A stretch of DNA of 39,167 nt from a virus (lineage: Duplodnaviria > Caudoviricetes), in the IMG/VR virus record IMGVR_UViG_3300032322_002021, positions 1-39,167 of that record; one strand, written 5' to 3'. The position numbers and the translations under genes were made by a program. Positions 6,410 to 14,006 of this stretch are shown in pieces (position 1 is the stretch's first letter; every line of letters starts with the position of its first letter). Under the pieces are notes generated by a model, which saw only the letters and a program-made list of their open reading frames with translations, made no database searches and was not told where the DNA came from.

Positions 6410-7629
6410 TTTGCATATTCTGCAATTTCTGGAAATGTAGTTCTCCAATTTGTTCCTCTTTGCTTATCTAATTTATCAGCATATTCTACTGCCAACTGAA
6501 AACTATTTTCATCTCTATCAGACATTAATTGATTATAATGAACTTTTGATATTTTGAAAACCTCAGGGGCAATTTTTTCTTTTAATTCTTGTGGCAAATG
6601 TTGTGGACTTAAAAATTTAGGACTTCCAATCATATTATAATGATGTTGATCTGAAAGCATATATCCGCTAGATACCAACCAATCATAAGTTTCTTTAAAT
6701 GTAGTTATACTGAATAAACTTGGAGTAATTGTAGGTTTTAAAATACCTTTCCTGGTTTCTGTCAAGTATTTTTTAACTTCGTCAACATTTTTTAGTGTTT
6801 TATCCCAATCAGTTGGATATCTTAACCAATGATTTCTTTCTTTTAATGCATCGATACTCCATTGAATTCTAATATAATGAAAGTTATCGAAATATTTTTT
6901 CATTCTTAATAAATTCATTAGTGTCATATTTGACACGTAGACTAGTTCTATATTCTCTGATTCCCCACACTCAATTAACTTATCTAATAAGAAAAAATGA
7001 TCATTCATTATCATTGGCTCTCCGCCAACGATTTCAATAGCCTTAATTTTATGGGAATATAATATAATTTCATCAACAATTCTTTTAAACTGTTCTTTAG
7101 GAATTGGCGCTTGATGATTAAATTGGCGATAATTAAACGCAGCACTTATTTTAGGGTCATTTAATTTATTTAATCTAGATTGTCTAGATGAAGAATTGGG
7201 CGGCAAACACTCATAACATTCTAAATTGCAATGATTACCATAAACATTAATACATATTTGAATAAATCTTTTCTTGTTATCTAAAAGTTTTCCATCTTTA
7301 TCAAAAAAATCTTCATAAACATTATGTTTACGAGCAAAATTTTTAAATTCTAATCTAGGGGAATTTTGATATTGTTCTTCTTTTTTCCAACAAGAATTGC
7401 AATATCCTTTTAAAAATTCTGTTTTTTCCCCCTCCAACATCTCTTTTCGGATTCGGTTAAAAACTTCGCCAGTAAAATGTTCTAAGGGTAAAGTATTGTA
7501 AATATTATATTGAGCATCTTCCCAATGATTTGACCAACAACATGGAGAATAAGCAGCAGCGTCTAAATTATTGTAAATTCTTACAAATGGTAATGGGCAA
7601 ATAACTTTATTTTCTTCAGGGTTTTCCAT
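6406..7629 (-). CDS. radical SAM protein with N-terminal twitch/SPASM-like auxiliary Fe-S domain
   Basis: CX3CX2C motif CNLECYEC and GGEP motif; N-terminal ICPLPF...SPCC...CNSCW. ATG at 7629 (the ORF track uses TTG 7632). Confidence 0.88.
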   Translation of the reverse strand: MENPEENKVICPLPFVRIYNNLDAAAYSPCCWSNHWEDAQYNIYNTLPLEHFTGEVFNRIRKEMLEGEKTEFLKGYCNSCWKKEEQYQNSPRLEFKNFARKHNVYEDFFDKDGKLLDNKKRFIQICINVYGNHCNLECYECLPPNSSSRQSRLNKLNDPKISAAFNYRQFNHQAPIPKEQFKRIVDEIILYSHKIKAIEIVGGEPMIMNDHFFLLDKLIECGESENIELVYVSNMTLMNLLRMKKYFDNFHYIRIQWSIDALKERNHWLRYPTDWDKTLKNVDEVKKYLTETRKGILKPTITPSLFSITTFKETYDWLVSSGYMLSDQHHYNMIGSPKFLSPQHLPQELKEKIAPEVFKISKVHYNQLMSDRDENSFQLAVEYADKLDKQRGTNWRTTFPEIAEYAK

Positions 7630-7632
7630 CAA

Positions 7633-8274
7633 TTAAATTCGATCTTTAATATTATTAATAACATAGTCTGCAATAATCTGATGCCCTAATTCAGATGGAT
7701 GATGGTGATGATAGTGCTCTGGTTTATTTTGTTGTGTATCAAGCAAACTATTGGCGTAAACGGTAGCAGTAATATCCTGAGTTTTACACCAATTCTTCCA
7801 TGGAGATGGGGTATCGCATACCATCAACTTTAAAAAGTAGTATGGAATATTTTTCTTTTCAAAATAAAGTTCCAAAAGAAATTGGTTTTTGTAAAAGTTA
7901 TCACTACCTATAAATGGATTAAATATTTTTTCATAATAATTATCATAATCTTTATACACATTTGTAGGATATTGATGATGTTTTACTCCATAGGGAGTAC
8001 AATCTTGATATTTATTTTCAGCAGCAATGTGCTCAATTCTAAAATCTTCAGTAAAATGAATAAGCGCAAAGTCTGCAGTATTGCCACTCTCAAACCACTC
8101 GATTGTTGTTCTTGCAATTCGATCATTCGATGCTGCATTATATGAAATATCTTTATAAGTCTTATTAAGTTTTTGCCCGATTAAATTAATATAATGACTT
8201 TCTGCTTCGATTTCAGCATCACATCCACCACAATGCAAAGCTATGTCACCATTAGAAAAAATATTGACGTGCAT
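7633..8274 (-). CDS. SGNH hydrolase-like protein (paralog 2; block I Ser missing)
   Basis: SNDRIARTTIEWF and HPSELGHQIIA match the paralogs, but block I reads NGDIALHCGG. Confidence 0.75.
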   Translation of the reverse strand: MHVNIFSNGDIALHCGGCDAEIEAESHYINLIGQKLNKTYKDISYNAASNDRIARTTIEWFESGNTADFALIHFTEDFRIEHIAAENKYQDCTPYGVKHHQYPTNVYKDYDNYYEKIFNPFIGSDNFYKNQFLLELYFEKKNIPYYFLKLMVCDTPSPWKNWCKTQDITATVYANSLLDTQQNKPEHYHHHHPSELGHQIIADYVINNIKDRI

Positions 8275-8300
8275 AATTTGTATAAAAAGATAACTTCATA

Positions 8301-8307
8301 TATTTAT
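8301..8307 (-). promoter_or_regulatory. T4-type late promoter (ATAAATA)
   Basis: TATTTAT on the + strand, 26 nt upstream of ATG 8274. Confidence 0.5.
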
Positions 8308-8324
8308 TAGTCTAAATTTTTATT

Positions 8325-8714
8325 TTATCGTAGAATTGATCTAGTAGGAACTCCATTTTTACCTCTTACATATCTTTTTTTAGTGCCTGTTACCTTCGGC
8401 GTTCTCCATTCTTCAATTTTATCCCAACGATCTTGAGAAAAAAAATATTGCTGAAAATACCAAATCTCAACCTCAGTGTGTGACTTGTCACGGTTGCATT
8501 CTTCACAGCAACAAACTACATTCATTAATTCATCTGTGCCGCCTAAGGACTGTGGAATGACATGATCAATTGTCATTTGTTCCTTATTTTCACCACAATA
8601 TGCGCAACAATTATTCCATGCTTCTTTGATTGCCTTTCTCCATAGTCTAATTGCGTCCGCTTTGTTGCTCGCTTGCAATTGATAAAGATACTCATCTGGA
8701 GAAGAGAGTAGCAT
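8325..8714 (-). CDS. HNH endonuclease
   Basis: CAYCG...TIDHVIPQSLGG...NVVCCCEECNRDKS: Zn-binding HNH motif. Confidence 0.9.
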   Translation of the reverse strand: MLLSSPDEYLYQLQASNKADAIRLWRKAIKEAWNNCCAYCGENKEQMTIDHVIPQSLGGTDELMNVVCCCEECNRDKSHTEVEIWYFQQYFFSQDRWDKIEEWRTPKVTGTKKRYVRGKNGVPTRSILR

Positions 8715-8721
8715 TTATTTT

Positions 8722-9342
8722 TTATTGGAAGTTTCCAATATTATCTATAATATAATTTGCAATAGCTTGATGTCCTGATGAACTTGGATGTCCTTTAGTG
8801 CCGTCAAAATGTAATTTTTTGTCTAATATTTTTTTATGCCGATCATGCCCCTTAATGATATGTAACTCTTTTTTTATTATTAATGTTTTCCAAATACTAT
8901 TCAAATTAAAAATAATATCATCCCAGCAATCATGAATAAGGAAAAAATATGGTATGTTTTTTTGAATAAAGAATTGTTCTAATAAGTAATAGTTTTTAAA
9001 TAATGCGTCAACACCAAGTTGATCGTGGTAATATTTTTTATAATATTCATCCCACTTGCTTTTACATTTAGGTGTGACGCAAAAATATTTTTGTTTTTGA
9101 GGGTCATATCCATCCATTCTTGATATGGAAGCCCATTGAATGATTGCTAAATCGCAAGTATTGCCGCCGACAAACCATTCCATTGTAGTGCGAGCAATCG
9201 CATCATTGCCCCTACCACATTCAGAAATATTAATGTGTGATGCATTGTAATGATTAGAAACTAATGCACTAAATCTTTCTTGTTCTCTATCTTTTAATTC
9301 GTCTCCCCAAGTATAAGAGCATCCATTATAGAGAATATGCAT
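8722..9342 (-). CDS. SGNH/GDSL hydrolase-like protein (paralog 3)
   Basis: NGCSYTWGDEL, GRGNDAIAR, GHPSSSGHQAIA. Confidence 0.8.
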   Translation of the reverse strand: MHILYNGCSYTWGDELKDREQERFSALVSNHYNASHINISECGRGNDAIARTTMEWFVGGNTCDLAIIQWASISRMDGYDPQKQKYFCVTPKCKSKWDEYYKKYYHDQLGVDALFKNYYLLEQFFIQKNIPYFFLIHDCWDDIIFNLNSIWKTLIIKKELHIIKGHDRHKKILDKKLHFDGTKGHPSSSGHQAIANYIIDNIGNFQ

Positions 9343-9343
9343 C

Positions 9344-9374
9344 TATAAATATTTGATATTTTTTTATTATTTAT
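9344..9374. promoter_or_regulatory. crossed divergent late promoters
   Basis: TATAAATA at 9344-9351 (+) and ATAAATA at 9374-9368 (-), within the 34-40 bp gap between divergent genes. Confidence 0.55.
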
Positions 9375-9382
9375 TAATGAGT

Positions 9383-10432
9383 ATGAAACGACAATTTATT
9401 TTATTTTTTGGGATATCTTGGTGCGGCACCACATCTCTTTATTATACTTTAACTAGAAATCAAAAATATTTACACACTGGTGTTCATAAAGAAATTGGAT
9501 ATTTGCGTAAAATTTTTGACCCCACTTATCAGTATAAATCAGACATCCATTCGATGGCAGTAAAGGATCTCGATTTATTTCTTGAAAGATATGAAAATGT
9601 TAAAAGTGAAATACTGCAGTTAGATACAGAGCAGTTTCATCATGATTATTTAAAAACGGGATACAAGTTTTCTAGAGATGAGGTTGAATATTTTTTTAAA
9701 AATCCTTCTATTGAAAAATATATTGAATATTATTTAAAATTGTCAGAAAATATTGGGAATGATTATACTGCTTTAGCAGATTTTTCAAACTGCAACGAAT
9801 TTGTCATAGATGACAATTTTCTTCCAAAAGTAAAACAAGCTTTATCTGAGCATTTTGATGTGAAAGCTTTGATTATTTTTAGAGACCCAATAAGACGATG
9901 TTTTTCAACTGAAAATTTTACATATTACAGAAAATTTCTTATTAATAAAACTATAGATCCCAGCAATCCAGAACGCTACCATAGACCTGAAAATTTTGCT
10001 GAAATTGCATCGAAAAATGTAGTAACAAATGATTTTATTGAAAAGACGTTATTTAATGATAATTATTTAAATGGTGTATCAAATTACGCAGAAATAATCA
10101 ATAATTTAAATAGTATTTTTGGAAATAAGAATGTTTGCTATCTTATTATGGAAGATTTTTTTAATAAAAAGAAAGATGAAATATTAAAATTGGAAAAGTT
10201 TATTTCTTATGAATTAAAAAATATCTATCCATGCGCATTTGTTCCAGATAAAGGAATTAATGCACCAAAAATAGACTTTCTGGTAGATCAGCACACATCT
10301 GATTGGGAAGTATTGACAGAAGATTTTTATCGTTATATGAGGAAAATTTTTAGTCCAATCTATAGTGATTTTGAAAAATTGCACGGATGTTTACCAGCAG
10401 ATTGGGGACAACCCATTGATTATGGATACTAA
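9383..10432 (+). CDS. sulfotransferase-fold protein (paralog 3; PSB Lys replaced by Trp)
   Basis: GISWCGTTSL, KEIGYL, RDPIRRCFS; C-terminus HGCLPADWGQPIDYGY. Start 9383 chosen by alignment to paralog 2 (MKRQFILF vs MKKPFILF); 9377 is also possible. Confidence 0.78.
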   Translation: MKRQFILFFGISWCGTTSLYYTLTRNQKYLHTGVHKEIGYLRKIFDPTYQYKSDIHSMAVKDLDLFLERYENVKSEILQLDTEQFHHDYLKTGYKFSRDEVEYFFKNPSIEKYIEYYLKLSENIGNDYTALADFSNCNEFVIDDNFLPKVKQALSEHFDVKALIIFRDPIRRCFSTENFTYYRKFLINKTIDPSNPERYHRPENFAEIASKNVVTNDFIEKTLFNDNYLNGVSNYAEIINNLNSIFGNKNVCYLIMEDFFNKKKDEILKLEKFISYELKNIYPCAFVPDKGINAPKIDFLVDQHTSDWEVLTEDFYRYMRKIFSPIYSDFEKLHGCLPADWGQPIDYGY

Positions 10433-10439
10433 ATAAATA
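10430..10439 (+). promoter_or_regulatory. T4-type late promoter (TAAATAAATA)
   Basis: Overlaps the upstream stop; 17 nt before ATG 10457. Confidence 0.5.
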
Positions 10440-10456
10440 AAATTTAAATTTTAATT

Positions 10457-10555
10457 ATGAATTTAATTTCACGATTAATTAACTGGATTAAAGGTGAATA
10501 TAAGTTGTGGAAATTGCGTAAACAAGATCCATACATTTATGAAGATGAAGATTGA
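10457..10555 (+). CDS. 32-aa peptide preceding the carbamoyltransferase
   Basis: MNLISRLINWIKGEYKLWKLRKQDPYIYEDED; late promoter upstream, stop 2 nt before the carbamoyltransferase ATG. Confidence 0.65.
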   Translation: MNLISRLINWIKGEYKLWKLRKQDPYIYEDED

Positions 10556-10557
10556 TT

Positions 10558-11940
10558 ATGATTGGAATAAGTGAAGGGTTTCATGATGCTGCAATATCAG
10601 TAGTAAACGATGGTAAAATTAAGTTTGCCACTCATGCAGAAAGATATTCTAGAATAAAGAATGATAAGCATTTAAATTTATCAGTATGTGCAGAAGCATT
10701 ACTTCATACTGAAGATGATGTTGTAGCATTCTATGAACGTCCTTGGATAAAGCGTACTCGTCAATTATTTGCAGGGCAGTATAAGAGTGCTTTTAAAAAT
10801 AGAAATATCTATCTAACTCCTTCACAATATTACCCTCATCATCTTTCCCATGCTGCTGCAGCATTTCAGACATCACCTTATCAGGATGCTGCATGTGTTG
10901 TCGTAGACAGTATTGGTGAATGGGATACAGCATCGATCTGGAAGGCTCAGATGGTGGAAGGACGTGCTAAGTATAAGAAAATATGGTCCTCAAGATATCC
11001 CAGGTCTATAGGTCTTTGGTATTCGGCTTATACAAAATGGGCAGGTTTGAAACCCTTAGACGAAGAATACATCTTTATGGGAATGGCAGCGTTTGGGAAA
11101 CCCTTATATGTCGAACAAGCGCGTAACTTGCTCTCTAGAAATAACCATAAAGGCTTTCCCATCTCTCTTGAAGGAACACCAGAAGACAACTCAAAGAGTG
11201 CAGAAGTTGTCTTAGAGGAAAGACTGAAAGAAATTTTTAATAAAGCAAAGAAAATATCAAGTAATATTTGTTATGGTGGAGGAGTCGCATTAAACTGTGT
11301 AGTGAATACTAAGCTACAGGAGATGTGTAACCTGTGGATTATGCCTAATCCTGGAGACGCTGGAGCTTCTTTAGGAGCAGCTTTATTATCTTATGGCGGC
11401 AAAATAATCTTTAATCCTTATTTGGGGTATGATATACAACGTTATATTGATCCTAAAGAGGTTGTTGACGCATTGCTGCAGAAAGGCATCTGCGGGGTTG
11501 CGAATGGGCGTGCTGAGTTCGGACCACGGGCTTTAGGTAATAGAAGTCTTCTAGCGGATCCTAGAACGCTTGAAATGAAAGATAAAGTTAATGCGGTAAA
11601 GAAGCGTCAAAAGTTTCGCCCCTTTGCTCCAGTCATTTTGGAGGAGCATTGCCAGAAGTATTTTGATATGCCTTCGGAAAGTCGTTATATGTCTTACGTA
11701 TACAACTGTAAGCGTCCTCAGGACATTCCTGCATGTGTTCATGTAGATAACAGTGCTCGCGTTCAAACGGTTCCTATATGGTCTTCTAGCATCATCAGAG
11801 AAATTTTAGAGTGTTGGTATGAAAGAACTGGTTGTCCAGTTCTTTTAAATACATCTTTAAATATTCGCGGTATGCCTATTGTTAATACTTGGAAGGATGC
11901 TTTAGAATTTTCTAAATTATACCAAGTTGACGTATTCTAA
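10558..11940 (+). CDS. NodU/CmcH-family O-carbamoyltransferase
   Basis: EGFHDAA, ERYSRIKND, HHLSHAA, GGVALNC, GRAEFGPRALGNRSLLADP, FRPFAP, HVDNSARVQTV, LLNTSLN. ATG at 10558. Confidence 0.93.
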   Translation: MIGISEGFHDAAISVVNDGKIKFATHAERYSRIKNDKHLNLSVCAEALLHTEDDVVAFYERPWIKRTRQLFAGQYKSAFKNRNIYLTPSQYYPHHLSHAAAAFQTSPYQDAACVVVDSIGEWDTASIWKAQMVEGRAKYKKIWSSRYPRSIGLWYSAYTKWAGLKPLDEEYIFMGMAAFGKPLYVEQARNLLSRNNHKGFPISLEGTPEDNSKSAEVVLEERLKEIFNKAKKISSNICYGGGVALNCVVNTKLQEMCNLWIMPNPGDAGASLGAALLSYGGKIIFNPYLGYDIQRYIDPKEVVDALLQKGICGVANGRAEFGPRALGNRSLLADPRTLEMKDKVNAVKKRQKFRPFAPVILEEHCQKYFDMPSESRYMSYVYNCKRPQDIPACVHVDNSARVQTVPIWSSSIIREILECWYERTGCPVLLNTSLNIRGMPIVNTWKDALEFSKLYQVDVF

Positions 11941-11943
11941 ATA
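11938..11943 (+). promoter_or_regulatory. T4-type late promoter (TAAATA)
   Basis: Overlaps the carbamoyltransferase stop, upstream of ATG 12005. Confidence 0.45.
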
Positions 11944-12004
11944 ACGTGGTATCATAAATTTGGGTGATACCCGTTTACGTAAACAAATCATTTGAAGTAT
12001 ATTC

Positions 12005-12766
12005 ATGGCAAAAGGTTTTAAAGTGGTTACAAAACCACCTACATCATCTTCTAATAATTCTGACGGATTTAACTTAGAAGAAGCAAAAAAATTAATTAAA
12101 GACAAGAGCATTGTTTTTTGTCTTCCTGGTAGAGGAGTTTCATATACATATCTAAAGAATTTTGTGCAACTTTGTTTTGATCTTGTACAAAATGGAGCTT
12201 CAATTCAAATTTCACAAGACTATTCTTCAATGGTCAATTTTGCCCGTTGTAAGTGTCTTGGTGCTAATGTTCTTCGTGGACCAGATCAACTTCCTTGGGA
12301 TGGAAAACTGAAATATGATTATCAACTATGGATTGATAGTGATATTGTTTTCAATACGGAATCTTTCTATCGTTTAGTGTGGATGGATAAAGATATCTCT
12401 TGTGGTTGGTATGCAACTGAAGATGGTGTAACAACATCAGTTGCACATTGGCTTGAAGAGGATGATTTTAAAAACAATGGTGGTGTTATGAACCATGAAA
12501 TGGTTGATGGCATTCAAAAGCGTCGCAAACCATTTACTGTTGATTATACTGGATTTGGTTGGACTCTTATTAAGCACGGAGTGTTTGAGCATCCTGAAAT
12601 GAAATACCCTTGGTTTGCTCCGCAAATGCAAGTGTTTGAATCTGGGGAAGTTCAAGATATGTGTGGTGAAGACGTTTCATTCTGTTTAGATGCAATTAAG
12701 GCAGGATTTGAAATCTGGTGTGATCCTGTATGTAGAGTTGGTCACGAGAAGACACGAATTATCTAA
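12005..12766 (+). CDS. GT-A fold glycosyltransferase-like protein (conserved cyanophage gene)
   Basis: DxD motif WIDSDIVF, TGFGWTLI, GEDVSFC and VGHEK form a GT2-like signature set. Confidence 0.72.
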   Translation: MAKGFKVVTKPPTSSSNNSDGFNLEEAKKLIKDKSIVFCLPGRGVSYTYLKNFVQLCFDLVQNGASIQISQDYSSMVNFARCKCLGANVLRGPDQLPWDGKLKYDYQLWIDSDIVFNTESFYRLVWMDKDISCGWYATEDGVTTSVAHWLEEDDFKNNGGVMNHEMVDGIQKRRKPFTVDYTGFGWTLIKHGVFEHPEMKYPWFAPQMQVFESGEVQDMCGEDVSFCLDAIKAGFEIWCDPVCRVGHEKTRII

Positions 12767-12798
12767 TATAATAAGGAATATTTTGTGTCGAATTACAC

Positions 12799-12963
12799 AT
12801 GGAAAAATACGATATATACTGTCAGGGGAGAAAAATTTATTCTTCTATAACGGAAGAAGAAATGATGGAGATTACGCAAGAACTTGCGGATCAATTTTAC
12901 CAAAATGGTACTCCCCATCCTGACGATATCGTGGTAGAATATCTTGGTTACGACGTTGAATAA
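12799..12963 (+). CDS. small acidic hypothetical protein (54 aa)
   Basis: Manual translation MEKYDIYCQGRKIYSSITEEEMMEITQELADQFYQNGTPHPDDIVVEYLGYDVE. Confidence 0.75.
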   Translation: MEKYDIYCQGRKIYSSITEEEMMEITQELADQFYQNGTPHPDDIVVEYLGYDVE

Positions 12964-12966
12964 ATT

Positions 12967-13110
12967 ATGGCAATAAAAAAATCTATGAGTGGTTCAAATA
13001 TTATCGAATCATCTCCAAAAAATACTCGTCAGGGACGCTCAAAAAACACAAAAATTTCTGCGACAAGTAGAAATAGTGCTAAAAAGCGTTATAGAGGTCA
13101 AGGAAAATAA
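12967..13110 (+). CDS. small basic protein ending KKRYRGQGK (47 aa)
   Basis: MAIKKSMSGSNIIESSPKNTRQGRSKNTKISATSRNSAKKRYRGQGK; starts 3 nt after the upstream stop. Motif recalled from T4-like cyanophages. Confidence 0.8.
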   Translation: MAIKKSMSGSNIIESSPKNTRQGRSKNTKISATSRNSAKKRYRGQGK

Positions 13111-13304
13111 TTCATGATTAATGCATTGGTTTGAATTCCACTTCACATCATTTATCGAAGATGGAGTTTATCCATACAGACAATAGAATATGTCTATCAA
13201 CATTATTAATGTCATTGATGGTTACATCAGCAGTGATAAAGTTAACTGACGCTTCAATAACAATTGATAAATTACTAACATCATATAAAAGATAAGATAT
13301 ACAT

Positions 13305-13332
13305 AAGACAGGAGATTTCTCCTGTCTTTTTT
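13305..13332 (+). terminator. rho-independent terminator
   Basis: AAGACAGGAG-attt-CTCCTGTCTT perfect 10-bp stem followed by TTTT. Confidence 0.8.
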
Positions 13333-13338
13333 ATTTTT

Positions 13339-13962
13339 ATGGCATATCTAAATCACAATCTTCCTACATTTACTTGCTATATTCGTAATGAGTTTCTTTT
13401 CAATCATACAAAAGGATTTGGAGAAGTAACTTTATGTGATGTACATTCGGTTGCATCATTAGAAAAGCATGTTCCTCTTTTTGAAGCATTTTTAGAAAAT
13501 GGTGTAAATTGGACAAGAAGACCAATACATGCTTTTTGTTGGAAATCCGACGCACCAATTCAAAAACTTGAAGAGTGTATGTGGTGGGATTGTTTTTCTC
13601 CTTATGTTGATGTTCAAGTTCGTTCTAGACTTGCAAATTTACGTGCTGATCTCATTAATTACCGTGGTGAAAAAAACCAAGGTGTTTATATGTTTACCTT
13701 GGATTGGTCGTGGGAATCCAAATCTTGCTTAAATACCAACTTTAGCGAAACACCAGAGCATAAATGTGCTCATTTTTTTAAAATGGATAATGGAAATTAT
13801 TATGCATACCCAAATAATAAAATTATTTGGTGTGATGATGCTTGGATAAAAAATAGAATAGATAAAAATCCAGGATATATAATTGATTTAACAGAATATT
13901 CAGTTGAAAACTTAAGAAAAATTGAAACTTCAGATGATTTTATGTATGAAGTGAAAATTTGA
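13339..13962 (+). CDS. conserved phage hypothetical protein (207 aa)
   Basis: ORF track; MAYLNHNLP...WWDCFS...EHKC...YPNN pattern recalled from T4-like phages; function unknown. Confidence 0.85.
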   Translation: MAYLNHNLPTFTCYIRNEFLFNHTKGFGEVTLCDVHSVASLEKHVPLFEAFLENGVNWTRRPIHAFCWKSDAPIQKLEECMWWDCFSPYVDVQVRSRLANLRADLINYRGEKNQGVYMFTLDWSWESKSCLNTNFSETPEHKCAHFFKMDNGNYYAYPNNKIIWCDDAWIKNRIDKNPGYIIDLTEYSVENLRKIETSDDFMYEVKI

Positions 13963-14006
13963 GCGATAGAAACCGCTATAAAAGTTCTGATTAACCATAA
14001 TCAGAA
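13962..14006 (+). promoter_or_regulatory. structured RNA element (hairpin/pseudoknot plus competing hairpin)
   Basis: AGCG/CGCT stem with loop ATAGAAAC, A-rich linker, then TTCTGATTA-acca-TAATCAGAA 9-bp hairpin ending 7 nt before ATG 14014. Confidence 0.5.

Noticed and set aside
6406-7629. Radical SAM as a RiPP maturase with the neighbouring 52-aa ORF as precursor
   Set aside because: The twitch domain is N-terminal with no evident RRE; the small ORF looks like a folded domain without a leader/core pattern; no protease or transporter is nearby. Not excluded, but unsupported.
3497-11940. Island as a saxitoxin or Nod-factor biosynthetic cluster (carbamoyltransferase + GDSL + sulfotransferase)
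   Set aside because: Only generic tailoring families are shared; no core scaffold genes (sxtA, amidinotransferase, nodABC) are present.
6243-12923. Antisense or alternative-frame ORFs 6243..6440, 7882..8145, 11551..11766, 11917..12111, 12437..12655, 12690..12923
   Set aside because: They overlap well-supported genes and show no motifs; 6243..6440 and 12690..12923 are displaced by better ORFs (6216..6374 minus, 12799..12963 plus).
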